From positions 1-64,000 of the IMG/VR virus record IMGVR_UViG_3300021181_000008: a DNA stretch of 64,000 nt, one strand, 5' to 3'. The DNA is from a virus. Below are positions 26,179 through 35,799 of this stretch, one piece after another. Position numbers and translations under genes: made by a program. Position 1 is the first letter of the stretch, and every line of letters begins with the position of its first letter. Below the pieces are notes generated by a model. That model saw only the letters and a list, made by a program, of their open reading frames with translations, made no database searches and had not been told where the DNA came from.

Positions 26179-27244
26179 GAAGATCCTCATCACCGGGGCC
26201 GGCGGGTTTGTCGGCCACCACTTCCTGGAGCACGTTCTCCAGCACACGAATATGGACGTCGTGTGCACCGACAGCTTCCGGCACAAGGGCCGCACCGACC
26301 GCATCCAGCAGGTGCTCGATAGCGAGCCGACCGACCTCAAGTTCGCGGTGATCAAGAGCTGGCGGGAGCGGCTGAGCGTCTTTACCCACGACATCAACGC
26401 GCCGTTCAGCGTCGGCCAGGTGGCGGATCTCGAAGACGTGGACTACATGGTCTGCTTCGCCTCTGAGAGCCACGTAGACAGGTCCATCTCCGATCCGGTC
26501 CCGTTCATCCGGAACAACGTCGAGGTGGCCCTGAACACGCTGGAGCTGGCCCGCAAGATCAAGCCGCAGGCGCTCGTCTGGATCAGCACCGACGAAGTGT
26601 ACGGCCCGGTGGACGAGATGGACCTGACCGGCCACCCCGAGTGGGATCCGATCCTGCCGTCCAACCCCTACAGCGGGAGCAAGGCGGCGCAGGAGGCCAT
26701 CGCGATCTCCTACTGGCGCACGTACGGCGTCCCGCTGATCATCACCAACTGCATGAACCTCATCGGCGAGCGCCAGGACCCGGAGAAGTTCGTGCCGATG
26801 GTGATCAGCAAGGTGCTCAAGGGCGAGACGGTCACGATCCACGGCACCGAGACGGACATCGGGACGCGGCACTACCTGCACGCGCGCAACCTCGCGGACG
26901 GCATCCTGCACATCCTCACCCACCAGGAGCCGGCCGTGTTCCCCGCGCACCAGACGCGGTGGGGCCAGCGAGTTCACGGTATGCCGGACAGGTTCAACGT
27001 GGCGTCGGCCGACCGGATCGACAACCTGACGATGGCGCAGATGATCGCCGAGTTCGTCGGCCAGCCGCTGCACTACAGGCTGGTGGACTTCCACAGCACG
27101 CGGCCGGGCCACGACCCGCACTACGGCCTGTCCCCCGAGAAGCTGGCCATGACCGGCTGGGAGCTGCCCGTGCCGCTGCGCGAGAGCCTGGAGAAGACCG
27201 TGCAGTGGACCATGAAGCACCCCGAATGGCTAAAGGGCGAATAG
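26171..27244 (+). CDS. dTDP-glucose 4,6-dehydratase-like (RmlB family)
   Basis: TGAGGFVG, ASESHVDRSI, ISTDEVYG, PYSGSKA, PEKF.P, RPGHD..Y. Confidence 0.88.
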   Translation: MAKKILITGAGGFVGHHFLEHVLQHTNMDVVCTDSFRHKGRTDRIQQVLDSEPTDLKFAVIKSWRERLSVFTHDINAPFSVGQVADLEDVDYMVCFASESHVDRSISDPVPFIRNNVEVALNTLELARKIKPQALVWISTDEVYGPVDEMDLTGHPEWDPILPSNPYSGSKAAQEAIAISYWRTYGVPLIITNCMNLIGERQDPEKFVPMVISKVLKGETVTIHGTETDIGTRHYLHARNLADGILHILTHQEPAVFPAHQTRWGQRVHGMPDRFNVASADRIDNLTMAQMIAEFVGQPLHYRLVDFHSTRPGHDPHYGLSPEKLAMTGWELPVPLRESLEKTVQWTMKHPEWLKGE

Positions 27245-27262
27245 AGAGGTAGTGTGCGCACC

Positions 27263-27421
27263 ATGTGCGATAACAAGGCAGTAGACGAGTCCAACGCCGA
27301 GCCGGAGATCCGCGGAGGCGACAAGCCGACTGACTACATCAACGAGGCTCCGCTTCCGGTTCCGCCGACGTGGCCGCTGCGTGCAGACGCGATCGAGGAC
27401 GAGGACGACCTGCACGAGTAA
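27263..27421 (+). CDS. Acidic hypothetical protein
   Basis: GAGAGG RBS; TAATG coupling. Confidence 0.45.
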   Translation: MCDNKAVDESNAEPEIRGGDKPTDYINEAPLPVPPTWPLRADAIEDEDDLHE

Positions 27422-27576
27422 TGGAAGACGAAGAGTTCGAATCGGACTGGATGAGCGTGGACGAGGCCACACAGCACCTCGTAGCCGTCACCAAGCCAAT
27501 GACCAAAGCGGAGATACGCGCTGTACTGAGCAGCGTGTACTCCCGAGGCTATGAGGACGCGGTGAAGGACCAATGA
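27421..27576 (+). CDS. Hypothetical protein
   Basis: Coupled at both ends. Confidence 0.5.
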   Translation: MEDEEFESDWMSVDEATQHLVAVTKPMTKAEIRAVLSSVYSRGYEDAVKDQ

Positions 27577-28148
27577 TTCCAGAGCTGATCGGCCAGGAGA
27601 CGCAGGCCGGCAACATCCAGCGCATCATCCGGGGCGTCATGGACGAGGAGCACCGTCTCCTCATGCACGGTAACCGGCGCGGCGACGCTGAGTGCCTGCC
27701 GTTCATGCCATTCCAGCCGGCGGAGTTCATTGCCATCATGTTCGATGTGGTGGCAGAGACAGGCGGCCCGATCTTCCTGGACGTCGGCTGCGGCAGCGGC
27801 ACCAAGATGTCGCTCGCGCAGCAGATCTACGGGCTCACGCCGTGGGGCATCGAGATCGACTCGTCGATGGGAGAGCAGGCCGACACCAAGTTCCCCGACG
27901 CCGTGATCGTCGAGAGCGCCCTGTGGGGTGGCTGCAACACCTTCTACCGGCAGGCCGACATCGTGTGGATGTACCGCCCGTTCCGCGACCCGGACAAGCA
28001 GGCCGAGCTGGAGAAGACCGTCATGCAGGCCATGAAGCACGGCGCGATTCTAGCGGGCAGCAAGTGGCAGATGGACGACCCGCCGCCGTGGATCCCGATC
28101 GTGGACGACTGGGACGACACCAAGTCTGGAGCGTGGATGAAGCCGTGA
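27573..28148 (+). CDS. Class I SAM methyltransferase
   Basis: FLDVGCGSG, GIEID, YRPF. Confidence 0.8.
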   Translation: MIPELIGQETQAGNIQRIIRGVMDEEHRLLMHGNRRGDAECLPFMPFQPAEFIAIMFDVVAETGGPIFLDVGCGSGTKMSLAQQIYGLTPWGIEIDSSMGEQADTKFPDAVIVESALWGGCNTFYRQADIVWMYRPFRDPDKQAELEKTVMQAMKHGAILAGSKWQMDDPPPWIPIVDDWDDTKSGAWMKP

Positions 28149-28708
28149 GGGCAAGCTGGCGCGACACCTACCTGGAGATGGCGCGCGTACTGGCCGAGAT
28201 GCGGGCTGACTGCACCCGGCGCAGGGTCGGCGCGATCGTCTTCGAGCCCGACAGCGGCTACCAGGTGTCCTCGGGGTACAACGGAGCGCCGCGCGGGATG
28301 CCAGGGTGCCTGAGCGACGGAGCGTGCCCGCGCGGCCAGCACTACGAAATCAGGGGCACGATCGTCCACAGCACGCGCAACCCTGAGGACATCGGCAAGA
28401 AGCGCGGCATGGGCGACTGCATCTGCGGCAACCGGTGGCCGTGCGAGGGCTCTGTCGAGCCCGGCTCCAGCTACGACACCGGCCCTGGCTCCTGCATCGC
28501 CATCCACGCTGAGGCCAACGCCCTGCTGCGGGCCGGCCCCAAGGCGCGGGGCATGGTGATGGTGGTCACCGAGAAGCCCTGCGACGGCTGCCTCAAGCTG
28601 TGCCGCGGAGCGGGGCTCGACTGCGTGATCTGGCCGTCCGGCAACCTCAATGCTCCCTTCGATTACGAACAGTTCCCCAAGCCTCCGATGAGGTCTGTGT
28701 TCGACTAG
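28145..28708 (+). CDS. dCMP deaminase
   Basis: C.RR.VGA, GYNG.P, HAEANA, PC..C. Confidence 0.9.
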   Translation: MRASWRDTYLEMARVLAEMRADCTRRRVGAIVFEPDSGYQVSSGYNGAPRGMPGCLSDGACPRGQHYEIRGTIVHSTRNPEDIGKKRGMGDCICGNRWPCEGSVEPGSSYDTGPGSCIAIHAEANALLRAGPKARGMVMVVTEKPCDGCLKLCRGAGLDCVIWPSGNLNAPFDYEQFPKPPMRSVFD

Positions 28709-28717
28709 ACTGACCGC

Positions 28718-29296
28718 ATGACAACGGACGCCACGCTCCCCCTCGTCGGGACTATCGGGCTCACCACCATCTCGGGTGACGTGGGCAAGCTCATCAAGTT
28801 CGGCCAGTTCCTCAACGGGCAGGGCTTCAAGGACTTCGAGCACGCGTTCCTGCTCGGGCCGAACGGGAAGATCCTGGAAGCGGAGCCCGGCGGCGCGCGG
28901 CTCGGGAACGTCAGCGAGTACAGCAAGATCTACTGGTGCACGAACATCGCGGCCCAGTACACGGAAGTTCAGCTCCAGAGCATTTGGACCGGCGCGCAGA
29001 AGTACGTCGGGACCAAGTACAGCTTCCTGGACTACGACGCCATCGCGGCTCACCGGCTGCACATCCCGGTGCCGGGCCTCCAGCACTACATCGGTGACTC
29101 CGGCCACATGATCTGCTCCCAGCTTGTCGATCAGGCGTACTTCGACCAGGGCTGCCAGTTGTTCGCCGGGGTGTGGCAGGGCTACGTAACGCCGCTGGGC
29201 ATCTACAACCTGGACGAGCGCATCAAGAACGCCCCGAGAATCCCCCGGTCTACAGGCTGGCGTCCCATCGCCCGGCCTCGTACTGTGAAGATGTGA
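28718..29296 (+). CDS. Permuted papain-like amidase (YaeF/YiiX-like)
   Basis: EHAFL, EA...G, G.KY, ICSQLV..AY, TP; leaderless TAGACT + 6 nt + ATG. Confidence 0.7.
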   Translation: MTTDATLPLVGTIGLTTISGDVGKLIKFGQFLNGQGFKDFEHAFLLGPNGKILEAEPGGARLGNVSEYSKIYWCTNIAAQYTEVQLQSIWTGAQKYVGTKYSFLDYDAIAAHRLHIPVPGLQHYIGDSGHMICSQLVDQAYFDQGCQLFAGVWQGYVTPLGIYNLDERIKNAPRIPRSTGWRPIARPRTVKM

Positions 29297-29505
29297 GAGC
29301 GTTTACCCACGACTTCGAGAGCGTGGCCCTGACTGACGACGAGTGCGTGGCCTTTAGCCAGCTCGTCACTGAGACGTGCCATACGTCCATTCAGGCGAGT
29401 ATCTCGGCGCAGCTCACGATGGTGACGCGCCCCTACCCGGAGACGACCATAGATGCCGTCCAGGGTCAAGCCCGCCGGATGTGGCGCACGGAGGTTAGGC
29501 TGTAG
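29293..29505 (+). CDS. Hypothetical protein
   Basis: GTGA overlap. Confidence 0.5.
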   Translation: MRAFTHDFESVALTDDECVAFSQLVTETCHTSIQASISAQLTMVTRPYPETTIDAVQGQARRMWRTEVRL

Positions 29506-29579
29506 CTCATAGACCCGAACTTGGGAGGTGGTCGCAATGAACGAGCTGCGAGCGGCGTCCTGGGGGGTGGTCCTGTAAT

Positions 29580-29954
29580 CTACGCGGAAAGCCCGGTACC
29601 GTCGAGGGTATCGGGCTTTCGGTGTGTCCGGACACGGTGGCAGCAGGCGCATCGGACGTCGCACTTGTCCAGCTCGGCGAGCACTGCGGCCCACGGACTG
29701 CTCAGCATCTCGGCGATGCCGGAGAGCTTGAGTTCAGGGTCTCTGTGGTCGAAGTCGAGTGCCACGGCGTGCGCGTTGTAGCCGCAGTCGATGCAGCCCT
29801 TCTCCAGCTTGTAGGCGTTGAGCCAGAGGTGCCTCTTGAGTGCCTCGCGCTTGCGATTGGCCACGTTGCGCGCGTACGCCTTCTGGACAGCCTCAGGTGT
29901 GCGACACCTACCACGGTGATTTGGCGGCATACCACAAACGCCGCCGCGAGCCAT
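29580..29954 (-). CDS. HNH endonuclease
   Basis: GCIDCG, LDFDHRDP, E..KC.V.C..CHR.RT; start uncertain. Confidence 0.8.
   Translation of the reverse strand: MARGGVCGMPPNHRGRCRTPEAVQKAYARNVANRKREALKRHLWLNAYKLEKGCIDCGYNAHAVALDFDHRDPELKLSGIAEMLSSPWAAVLAELDKCDVRCACCHRVRTHRKPDTLDGTGLSA
29587..29620. terminator. Hairpin between convergent genes
   Basis: GAAAGCCCGGTACC-N6-GGTATCGGGCTTTC. Confidence 0.7.
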
Positions 29955-30078
29955 CGGTTTATCGCACCGGCTGGCTATAAGGGGGACACCCCTGGCTGTC
30001 ACGCTAAACTCCAGCTCACAAGCCCGAGGATATCTTGTGCGGACAACGTAAGACAAATGAGGGACTAGTCTGGTCACC

Positions 30079-30384
30079 ATGACTATGCCCCAGCAGAACA
30101 ACATGCAGTTTCTGGACACCAACAACCCGCTCGTCGGCGGCGGCCCGGCGCGCATCGACACCGGCATCATCCAGCACCCCGAGTCGGGCCAGATGGGCGT
30201 GCTGACGATCCGGACTCCCTCGACGACGCTGACCGTGGTGATGAGCCCGGAGGATCTGCGCAACTGGGCCAACCACATCAACGGCCTCGCGGAAGCCATG
30301 GACAAGGGCGGCGGCACCAAGCTCGTCCCCGCCGGCATGGGAGATGTTGCGGCCATGGACGCTATGCGCCGAGCGGGCAGGTAA
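30079..30384 (+). CDS. Hypothetical protein (leaderless)
   Basis: TAGTCT + 7 nt + ATG. Confidence 0.65.
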   Translation: MTMPQQNNMQFLDTNNPLVGGGPARIDTGIIQHPESGQMGVLTIRTPSTTLTVVMSPEDLRNWANHINGLAEAMDKGGGTKLVPAGMGDVAAMDAMRRAGR

Positions 30385-30397
30385 CTACTCTGGTGGT

Positions 30398-30718
30398 ATG
30401 AGGTCCGAGCCCGTACTGCTGCACGTTCCAGTTCAGGATTGGTACTGCCCCAACTGTGGGACTACCGACCGGACTCCCGCCATGCCTCCGAACAGCTCGC
30501 AGTACCACAATTGCCCGCGCCTGCACTCGCTGAGCGCTCCCCTCGTCCGCGCCGGAGTCAAGGCCAAGGTCGAAGCGGTCGAGCGCGAGGACTACCTGTG
30601 CAAGGACACCCAGGCCACCGGGGATGACGGCAAGGTCTACATGCTCGTCCGCACTACCCGTGACGACGGCACTGATCTCAACGTCAACGCGCCCGTCGCT
30701 CGAATGAGGCTGACCTGA
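30398..30718 (+). CDS. Zinc-binding hypothetical protein (leaderless)
   Basis: TACTCT + 6 nt + ATG; WYCPNC, HNC, EREDY. Confidence 0.65.
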   Translation: MRSEPVLLHVPVQDWYCPNCGTTDRTPAMPPNSSQYHNCPRLHSLSAPLVRAGVKAKVEAVEREDYLCKDTQATGDDGKVYMLVRTTRDDGTDLNVNAPVARMRLT

Positions 30719-30845
30719 TGGGCCGGGCGTCGCGCAGGAAGCGCGAGCAGCGTGAGTCTGAGACCGAAGAGAAGCCGGTCGAGTGGACTGACCTGGTAGT
30801 TCAAGCAGGTGTCGCCATGGCGACCGGTAAGGGGCACGATCAGTA

Positions 30846-31229
30846 ATGTCAGATTTCAGCATCAGCAGCTCAGTTCCCGGCTTCCCCGCGCCCGCCCGCA
30901 AGGACATCCTGTTCGAGGGCCTAGTCACTCTGGATTCTTCGGGCAACTTCAAGACTCCGTGGTTCGACACGACCGGAGTTACCAGGGTCACAGCGCTGGC
31001 AAACTACGGCCCGCTCAGCTCGCCGCTCACGTCGATCTACATTCACGAAGCCTGGACCAACGACGGGGTTAACCCGATCGATGGCCGCAGCGTGGCTCTC
31101 GGTACGTTCGGGGCTGTGGGCGGCTACGGCGAAATGACCCTAGTGGCAGCCAGGTTCGTCAACGTAAACGGTGCTGGCGGTTCGGCCAACGCCAACGGGG
31201 AGTTCTTCCTCACGATCAGGGGGACCTGA
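30846..31229 (+). CDS. Putative virion structural protein
   Basis: Beta-rich; first gene of a structural run. Confidence 0.6.
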   Translation: MSDFSISSSVPGFPAPARKDILFEGLVTLDSSGNFKTPWFDTTGVTRVTALANYGPLSSPLTSIYIHEAWTNDGVNPIDGRSVALGTFGAVGGYGEMTLVAARFVNVNGAGGSANANGEFFLTIRGT

Positions 31230-31771
31230 TGTCTTGGTCATCTTCGGGTACTTCCAACATTTCGACGGCGGCGATGCTGTCGATCGTCAACGGAAACGCG
31301 AACACCTCGGGCGCACAGGTCCCGTTCTACACCGCATCAGGAACCACGTCGTTCCACGGCGACACGGTGAACGTCGCGCTGTACAACGGTAGCCCGACCT
31401 CGGCCACGGCCTCGTCCGACACGCTCGCGCACAACGTGTATCTAGCCGCAGGCGGCCAGTGGGTCACGGCCAACGAGATCACTGCTGCTGGCTACACGGC
31501 TGGCGGTCTAGCGATCACCGCGCCGTCCGGAGCTAAGACCGAAACGTTCTCCGGTAACGTCGTCACGTTCACCAGCACGGGCGCTCCGGCCTGGACTATC
31601 ACCTCCGGTGGCATCACCTCGTACGGCGGCCTGGTCTACGACAACACGATCGCGGCAGCCAAGTACGTCTACTGCTGGAACTACTTTGGCGGCGCGGCCT
31701 CGTTCGCAGGAGCCGGGACGTTCACGATCAACTGGAATGCGTCCGGAATCTTCGCCATTACGTGCACGTGA
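31229..31771 (+). CDS. Putative virion structural protein
   Basis: VALY, E...GYTAGG, G.F.I.W...GIF pattern seen in phage structural proteins. Confidence 0.7.
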   Translation: MSWSSSGTSNISTAAMLSIVNGNANTSGAQVPFYTASGTTSFHGDTVNVALYNGSPTSATASSDTLAHNVYLAAGGQWVTANEITAAGYTAGGLAITAPSGAKTETFSGNVVTFTSTGAPAWTITSGGITSYGGLVYDNTIAAAKYVYCWNYFGGAASFAGAGTFTINWNASGIFAITCT

Positions 31772-31779
31772 GGTGACGC

Positions 31780-32298
31780 ATGTCTGAAAACCTCTACTTC
31801 ATGGGCAACTTTGCTGCCCCTTCCACGGCTGTTCCCACACCCATTTCTTCGGGTACGGCAGGTTCCGCAAGCGTTATGCTCCAGCTCGCCACTCCGGCTT
31901 CTGGCACGCGGCAGTTCAGCATCGTCGAGTACGGCGTGTCCATGACTGGTGCGCCGGCCGGGGCGAACCTCCTGCTACGGCAGACGCCCACCGCCGCCAC
32001 CCTGGGCACAGCGGGCACCATCCTGCCCTACAGCAACATCAGCGCTCCTGCCTCGCTGGCTCCCAGCGCCGTCGCAACCTCGGCCTGGAACAGCGCTGGC
32101 ACGACGGTAGCACCCGCTGGCACGTCCGGCATGGTCTACGACTCGCAGCTCCTGACGACCAACACCTACATCAAGCAGTTTCCGCTCGGCCGCGAGCCTG
32201 TTGTCGGTCTATCGGGAACGCAGGAGTTCTGCCAGATTGTGCTCAACGTCCCGACCACTGCGGTCACGCTTCTTTGTTATCTCATCTGGCGCGAGTAA
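31780..32298 (+). CDS. Putative virion structural protein
   Basis: GAGG RBS; Ala/Ser/Thr-rich. Confidence 0.65.
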   Translation: MSENLYFMGNFAAPSTAVPTPISSGTAGSASVMLQLATPASGTRQFSIVEYGVSMTGAPAGANLLLRQTPTAATLGTAGTILPYSNISAPASLAPSAVATSAWNSAGTTVAPAGTSGMVYDSQLLTTNTYIKQFPLGREPVVGLSGTQEFCQIVLNVPTTAVTLLCYLIWRE

Positions 32299-32308
32299 GG
32301 GGTGACCT

Positions 32309-33070
32309 ATGGCCGTCGCATTCGACGCCGTATCGTCTGCCACCCCCACGTCGGGTACCACGTCACCGCACACCTGGACGCATACCGGAGTCGGTTCTAA
32401 CCTGGCGGTAGTTGCTGTTGTCTGCCTCGACGAGGCGACATCCAGCACCACCGTAGCCTGCACGTATAACGGCGTGAGTATGACACTGCTCGGCGCTATC
32501 CCGTCTGACGGTAATGTGCCAGGCAACGGCTACCTGTACTTCTTCGGCATCGCCAATCAGGCGTCCGGTGCGAAGACCGTCTCGTTTACGTTCTCCGGCA
32601 CGACTGATGTCTGCGTGGGCGCGTCTGTTAGCTGGACAGGCGCGGGCCAAGCGGTCGCCACGGCGTTCGGGAGCTTCCAGCCAGCCGTCTTGTCGAACGG
32701 CACCGGCTGGGGCAGTGCAGCTAACCCTGCGCTCAGCCCGGCGACCAATGTAGGCGGCAACGTGCTCTGCGCTATCGCCTGTGGTGCCAGCACCATCACG
32801 AGCCAGAGCGGCGGATCGCAGAAGTTCCTCTCCAACAACGGAAGCGCGGGCCTTTGCGGATCGCTTGTCGGCAGTACCGCAGCCGGAGTTGGCTCGGGCG
32901 GCACCATCAACTTCACCTCGTCCATCGCCAGCTCGACCTACGCGATCGGTGCGGTGTATGTTCAGCCTCTCGTCCCGCCATACGGTGTCGGCACTCCTCC
33001 GCTGGAGGACACCTCGACCGGGAAGTCCACCACTATCGGGCAGGCAGTAGCCCGCAGCTCGGTGTGGTGA
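32309..33070 (+). CDS. Putative virion structural protein
   Basis: Ser/Thr/Gly-rich beta protein. Confidence 0.65.
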   Translation: MAVAFDAVSSATPTSGTTSPHTWTHTGVGSNLAVVAVVCLDEATSSTTVACTYNGVSMTLLGAIPSDGNVPGNGYLYFFGIANQASGAKTVSFTFSGTTDVCVGASVSWTGAGQAVATAFGSFQPAVLSNGTGWGSAANPALSPATNVGGNVLCAIACGASTITSQSGGSQKFLSNNGSAGLCGSLVGSTAAGVGSGGTINFTSSIASSTYAIGAVYVQPLVPPYGVGTPPLEDTSTGKSTTIGQAVARSSVW

Positions 33071-33075
33071 TCTAG

Positions 33076-35799
33076 GTGCCAATTCTCGGCCGCGGCCAAC
33101 CGATAGCGCCGCACATACTTTACCGTGCCAAGTACGGCTCGCTGCAAGACAACTGGGCCTCCAACGACCTCTCGACGCTGTGGGGCACGTCGATCGGCAC
33201 GATCGTCTACTCGTCCGGCCAGATCACCATTCAGGTAGACACCAGCTACAGCTCGGCGCTGAACACCCCCAACATCTACGACCTCACCAAGTCGTACTTC
33301 TACCTCAAGATCGCGCCGTACCAGAACACCAGCGTGCAGACTAGCGTGTCGTTCGGCACCAGCACCACCGGCTTCTTCTTCGGGCTCAGCGGGACGAACT
33401 TCAACGTCACCAAGATCATCGCCGGGGTGCAGACGGCGATCTCCAACACCACCTACGTTCCGTCCACTATGGCCTGGTGGCGAGTTCACGAGGCCGGCGG
33501 AACCTTGTTCTTCGACACCGCGCCTGACTCCTCGGGCTCGCCCGGCACGTGGACTAACCAGTTCAACACCCCGGACACTACGTTCACGGGCACTAACTTC
33601 AAGGCGCTGCCACTCTCGATCTTCTGTGGTGACTTCGGCTCCGACCCGACCGGCACCACGACGATCTTCGCGATCAACACCTCTCAGGGGCCGGTCACCC
33701 TTACCGCGAATGCCGGGCTCGCCTCGGCCACCGGAGTTGCGTTCAACCCTGCCGTAGCGCTGACTATACCTGCGGGTGTCGCCTTGGCTACCGGTGTCGG
33801 TCTCGGCCCGACCCTCACCATCAAGCCTGTACCGGCCGCAGCGCTGAGCACGGGCGCAGCCCTGAACCCAGCCACCAACATCACCTTCCCTGCCGGACTG
33901 GCATCGGGCACGGGCGCAGCCAACGCGCCTCCACCGGGTGTCGGACCCACGCCGACCGCTGCCACTGCAACGGGTGCCGCGTTCAACGCCACGGGTGGAT
34001 CCACAGGAGTTACCGCTAGCGCTGGTCTGGCCTCGGCCACCGCTGCTGCGTTCAACGTGCTGCCCGGAGTCGGCCCCAAGCCGCCGCAGGCCGCCGCTAC
34101 CGGCGTTGCGAACAACGCCACAGTCAACCTCGTCGTCGTTGCCGGAGTCGCCCAGGCTACCGGCGCTGCGTCCAACCCTGCCGTCGTCCTGGGAGTTCCT
34201 GCTGGCGTCGCGCTGGCCACGGGCGCTGCGAACAACGCCACGGTCAACCTCACGGTCACGGCCGGAGTAGCGCAGGCTACTGGTGCCGCAAGCAACCCGA
34301 GCACGAACCTCACCTTCCCCGCTGGAGTAGCGCAGGCTACCGGTGCGGCCAACAATGTCACTCCGGGTGTCGGTCCCAAGCCGACTGCCGCGCTCGCCAC
34401 GGGTGCCGCGTTCAACCCGAGCACCAACATCACCTTCCCCGCAGGCGTGGCGCAGGCTACCGGTGCGGCCTCGAACCCCACCCCCGGCGTCGGCCCGACC
34501 CCCACGGTTGCTACGGCCACGGGCACGGCGTTCAACGCCTCGGCCAGCACCTCAAGCGGTGGCACCGGCAACGCCGGGCTCGCCTCGGCCACGGGCGCTG
34601 CGTTCAACCCGACGCCGGGTGTCGGTCCTACCCCGACTGCGGCCACCGCCTCCGGTGCTGCGTTCAACGCCACACAGACGCTCGGTGTAACACCCGCTGT
34701 AGCACAGGCTACGGGTGCTGCGTTCAATCCCAAGACCAACCTCGTCGTCACCGCAGGCGTGGCCCAGGCCACCGGAGCGGCCTCGAACGCCGGCACCGGC
34801 ATCACCGGCAAGCCCACGGCGGCCACGGCCACTGGTACCGCTTTTGGTACCACTATGGGCGTCGGACCCAAGCCGACTGCCGCGCTCGCCACAGGAACTT
34901 CCCAGACGCCCTCGATAGCTACAGTCGTGGGTGCAGGTGTAGCTTCTGCTGTAGGTTCTGCCTACAACCCCACGTTCGTCCTCCCGCCGCGGAGTCCCCT
35001 GGCCCTGGGCGGCAGCGCGGTGGGGCAGTTCCCGTACGGCGGCACCATCACGCCGGTCACCTACGACGGCACGGCAGCCACGGTTGCCAGCACCTACGGC
35101 GGCGGCATCACGCCCCTGACCTACGACGCCGTGTGCACTCCGGTGACGATCGACGGCACCGCCGCCACGGTGGCCAGCACCTACGGCGGCACGCTCACGC
35201 TGCTGAACTACGGCGGCGGCGCTGTGCCTGTGACCTACAACGGCACCATCACGCCGGTCACCATCGACGGCTCGGCCGTAACGGTGGCCAACACCTACGG
35301 CGGCACCCTCACGCTGCTGAACTACGGCGGCGGGGTCACTCCGGCGACCATCGACGGTTCGATCACGCTTCCGAACCTCGGTGGATCGTGCTCCTCGCAG
35401 GCGAACACCTACGGAGGTACTGTAGGAGTAGCCACGATTGACGGATCTTTGACGGGATGGACAATGCAGCAAATTGCCCTGACCCTCGCCGAAAACAACG
35501 ACGAGACGGTCAACGTCGCCATCACGTCTAGCGGCTCCCCGCTGAACCTGACCGGCGCGACGATCAACATGTACCTCAAGACCGCTGCCGGAACCCCGGA
35601 CGGGGGAGCCACGCTGCTCTCGTCTGCTGGCGGCAGCCCAGCGATCACGATCACCAGCCCCTCGGGCGGGCTGTGCACCGTGGCGATCCCGCGCGCTGAC
35701 CTGACGGCCGAGACGAACACCTTCTACCGCATCGACGTGGTGTTCTCGGGTCTACAGAACACTGCCATCTACGGCTCGATCACCTGGATCACGCTATGA
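33076..35799 (+). CDS. Repeat-rich fibre/decoration protein
   Basis: N-terminal beta domain, ~23-aa AGVAxATGAAxNP repeats, TYGG repeats, BppU-like C-terminal domain. Confidence 0.75.
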   Translation: MPILGRGQPIAPHILYRAKYGSLQDNWASNDLSTLWGTSIGTIVYSSGQITIQVDTSYSSALNTPNIYDLTKSYFYLKIAPYQNTSVQTSVSFGTSTTGFFFGLSGTNFNVTKIIAGVQTAISNTTYVPSTMAWWRVHEAGGTLFFDTAPDSSGSPGTWTNQFNTPDTTFTGTNFKALPLSIFCGDFGSDPTGTTTIFAINTSQGPVTLTANAGLASATGVAFNPAVALTIPAGVALATGVGLGPTLTIKPVPAAALSTGAALNPATNITFPAGLASGTGAANAPPPGVGPTPTAATATGAAFNATGGSTGVTASAGLASATAAAFNVLPGVGPKPPQAAATGVANNATVNLVVVAGVAQATGAASNPAVVLGVPAGVALATGAANNATVNLTVTAGVAQATGAASNPSTNLTFPAGVAQATGAANNVTPGVGPKPTAALATGAAFNPSTNITFPAGVAQATGAASNPTPGVGPTPTVATATGTAFNASASTSSGGTGNAGLASATGAAFNPTPGVGPTPTAATASGAAFNATQTLGVTPAVAQATGAAFNPKTNLVVTAGVAQATGAASNAGTGITGKPTAATATGTAFGTTMGVGPKPTAALATGTSQTPSIATVVGAGVASAVGSAYNPTFVLPPRSPLALGGSAVGQFPYGGTITPVTYDGTAATVASTYGGGITPLTYDAVCTPVTIDGTAATVASTYGGTLTLLNYGGGAVPVTYNGTITPVTIDGSAVTVANTYGGTLTLLNYGGGVTPATIDGSITLPNLGGSCSSQANTYGGTVGVATIDGSLTGWTMQQIALTLAENNDETVNVAITSSGSPLNLTGATINMYLKTAAGTPDGGATLLSSAGGSPAITITSPSGGLCTVAIPRADLTAETNTFYRIDVVFSGLQNTAIYGSITWITL

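Noticed and set aside
27692-28144. N-terminal extension of the dCMP deaminase in the ORF track
   Set aside because: It overlaps the methyltransferase in another frame; the likely start is the GTGA overlap at 28145
29955-30356. Long N-terminus of the HNH ORF
   Set aside because: It overlaps a well-supported + strand gene and divergent promoter region
33684-34892. 402-aa antisense ORF
   Set aside because: Mirror of the Ala/Gly/Thr repeat gene; antisense stop codons are rare in such sequence
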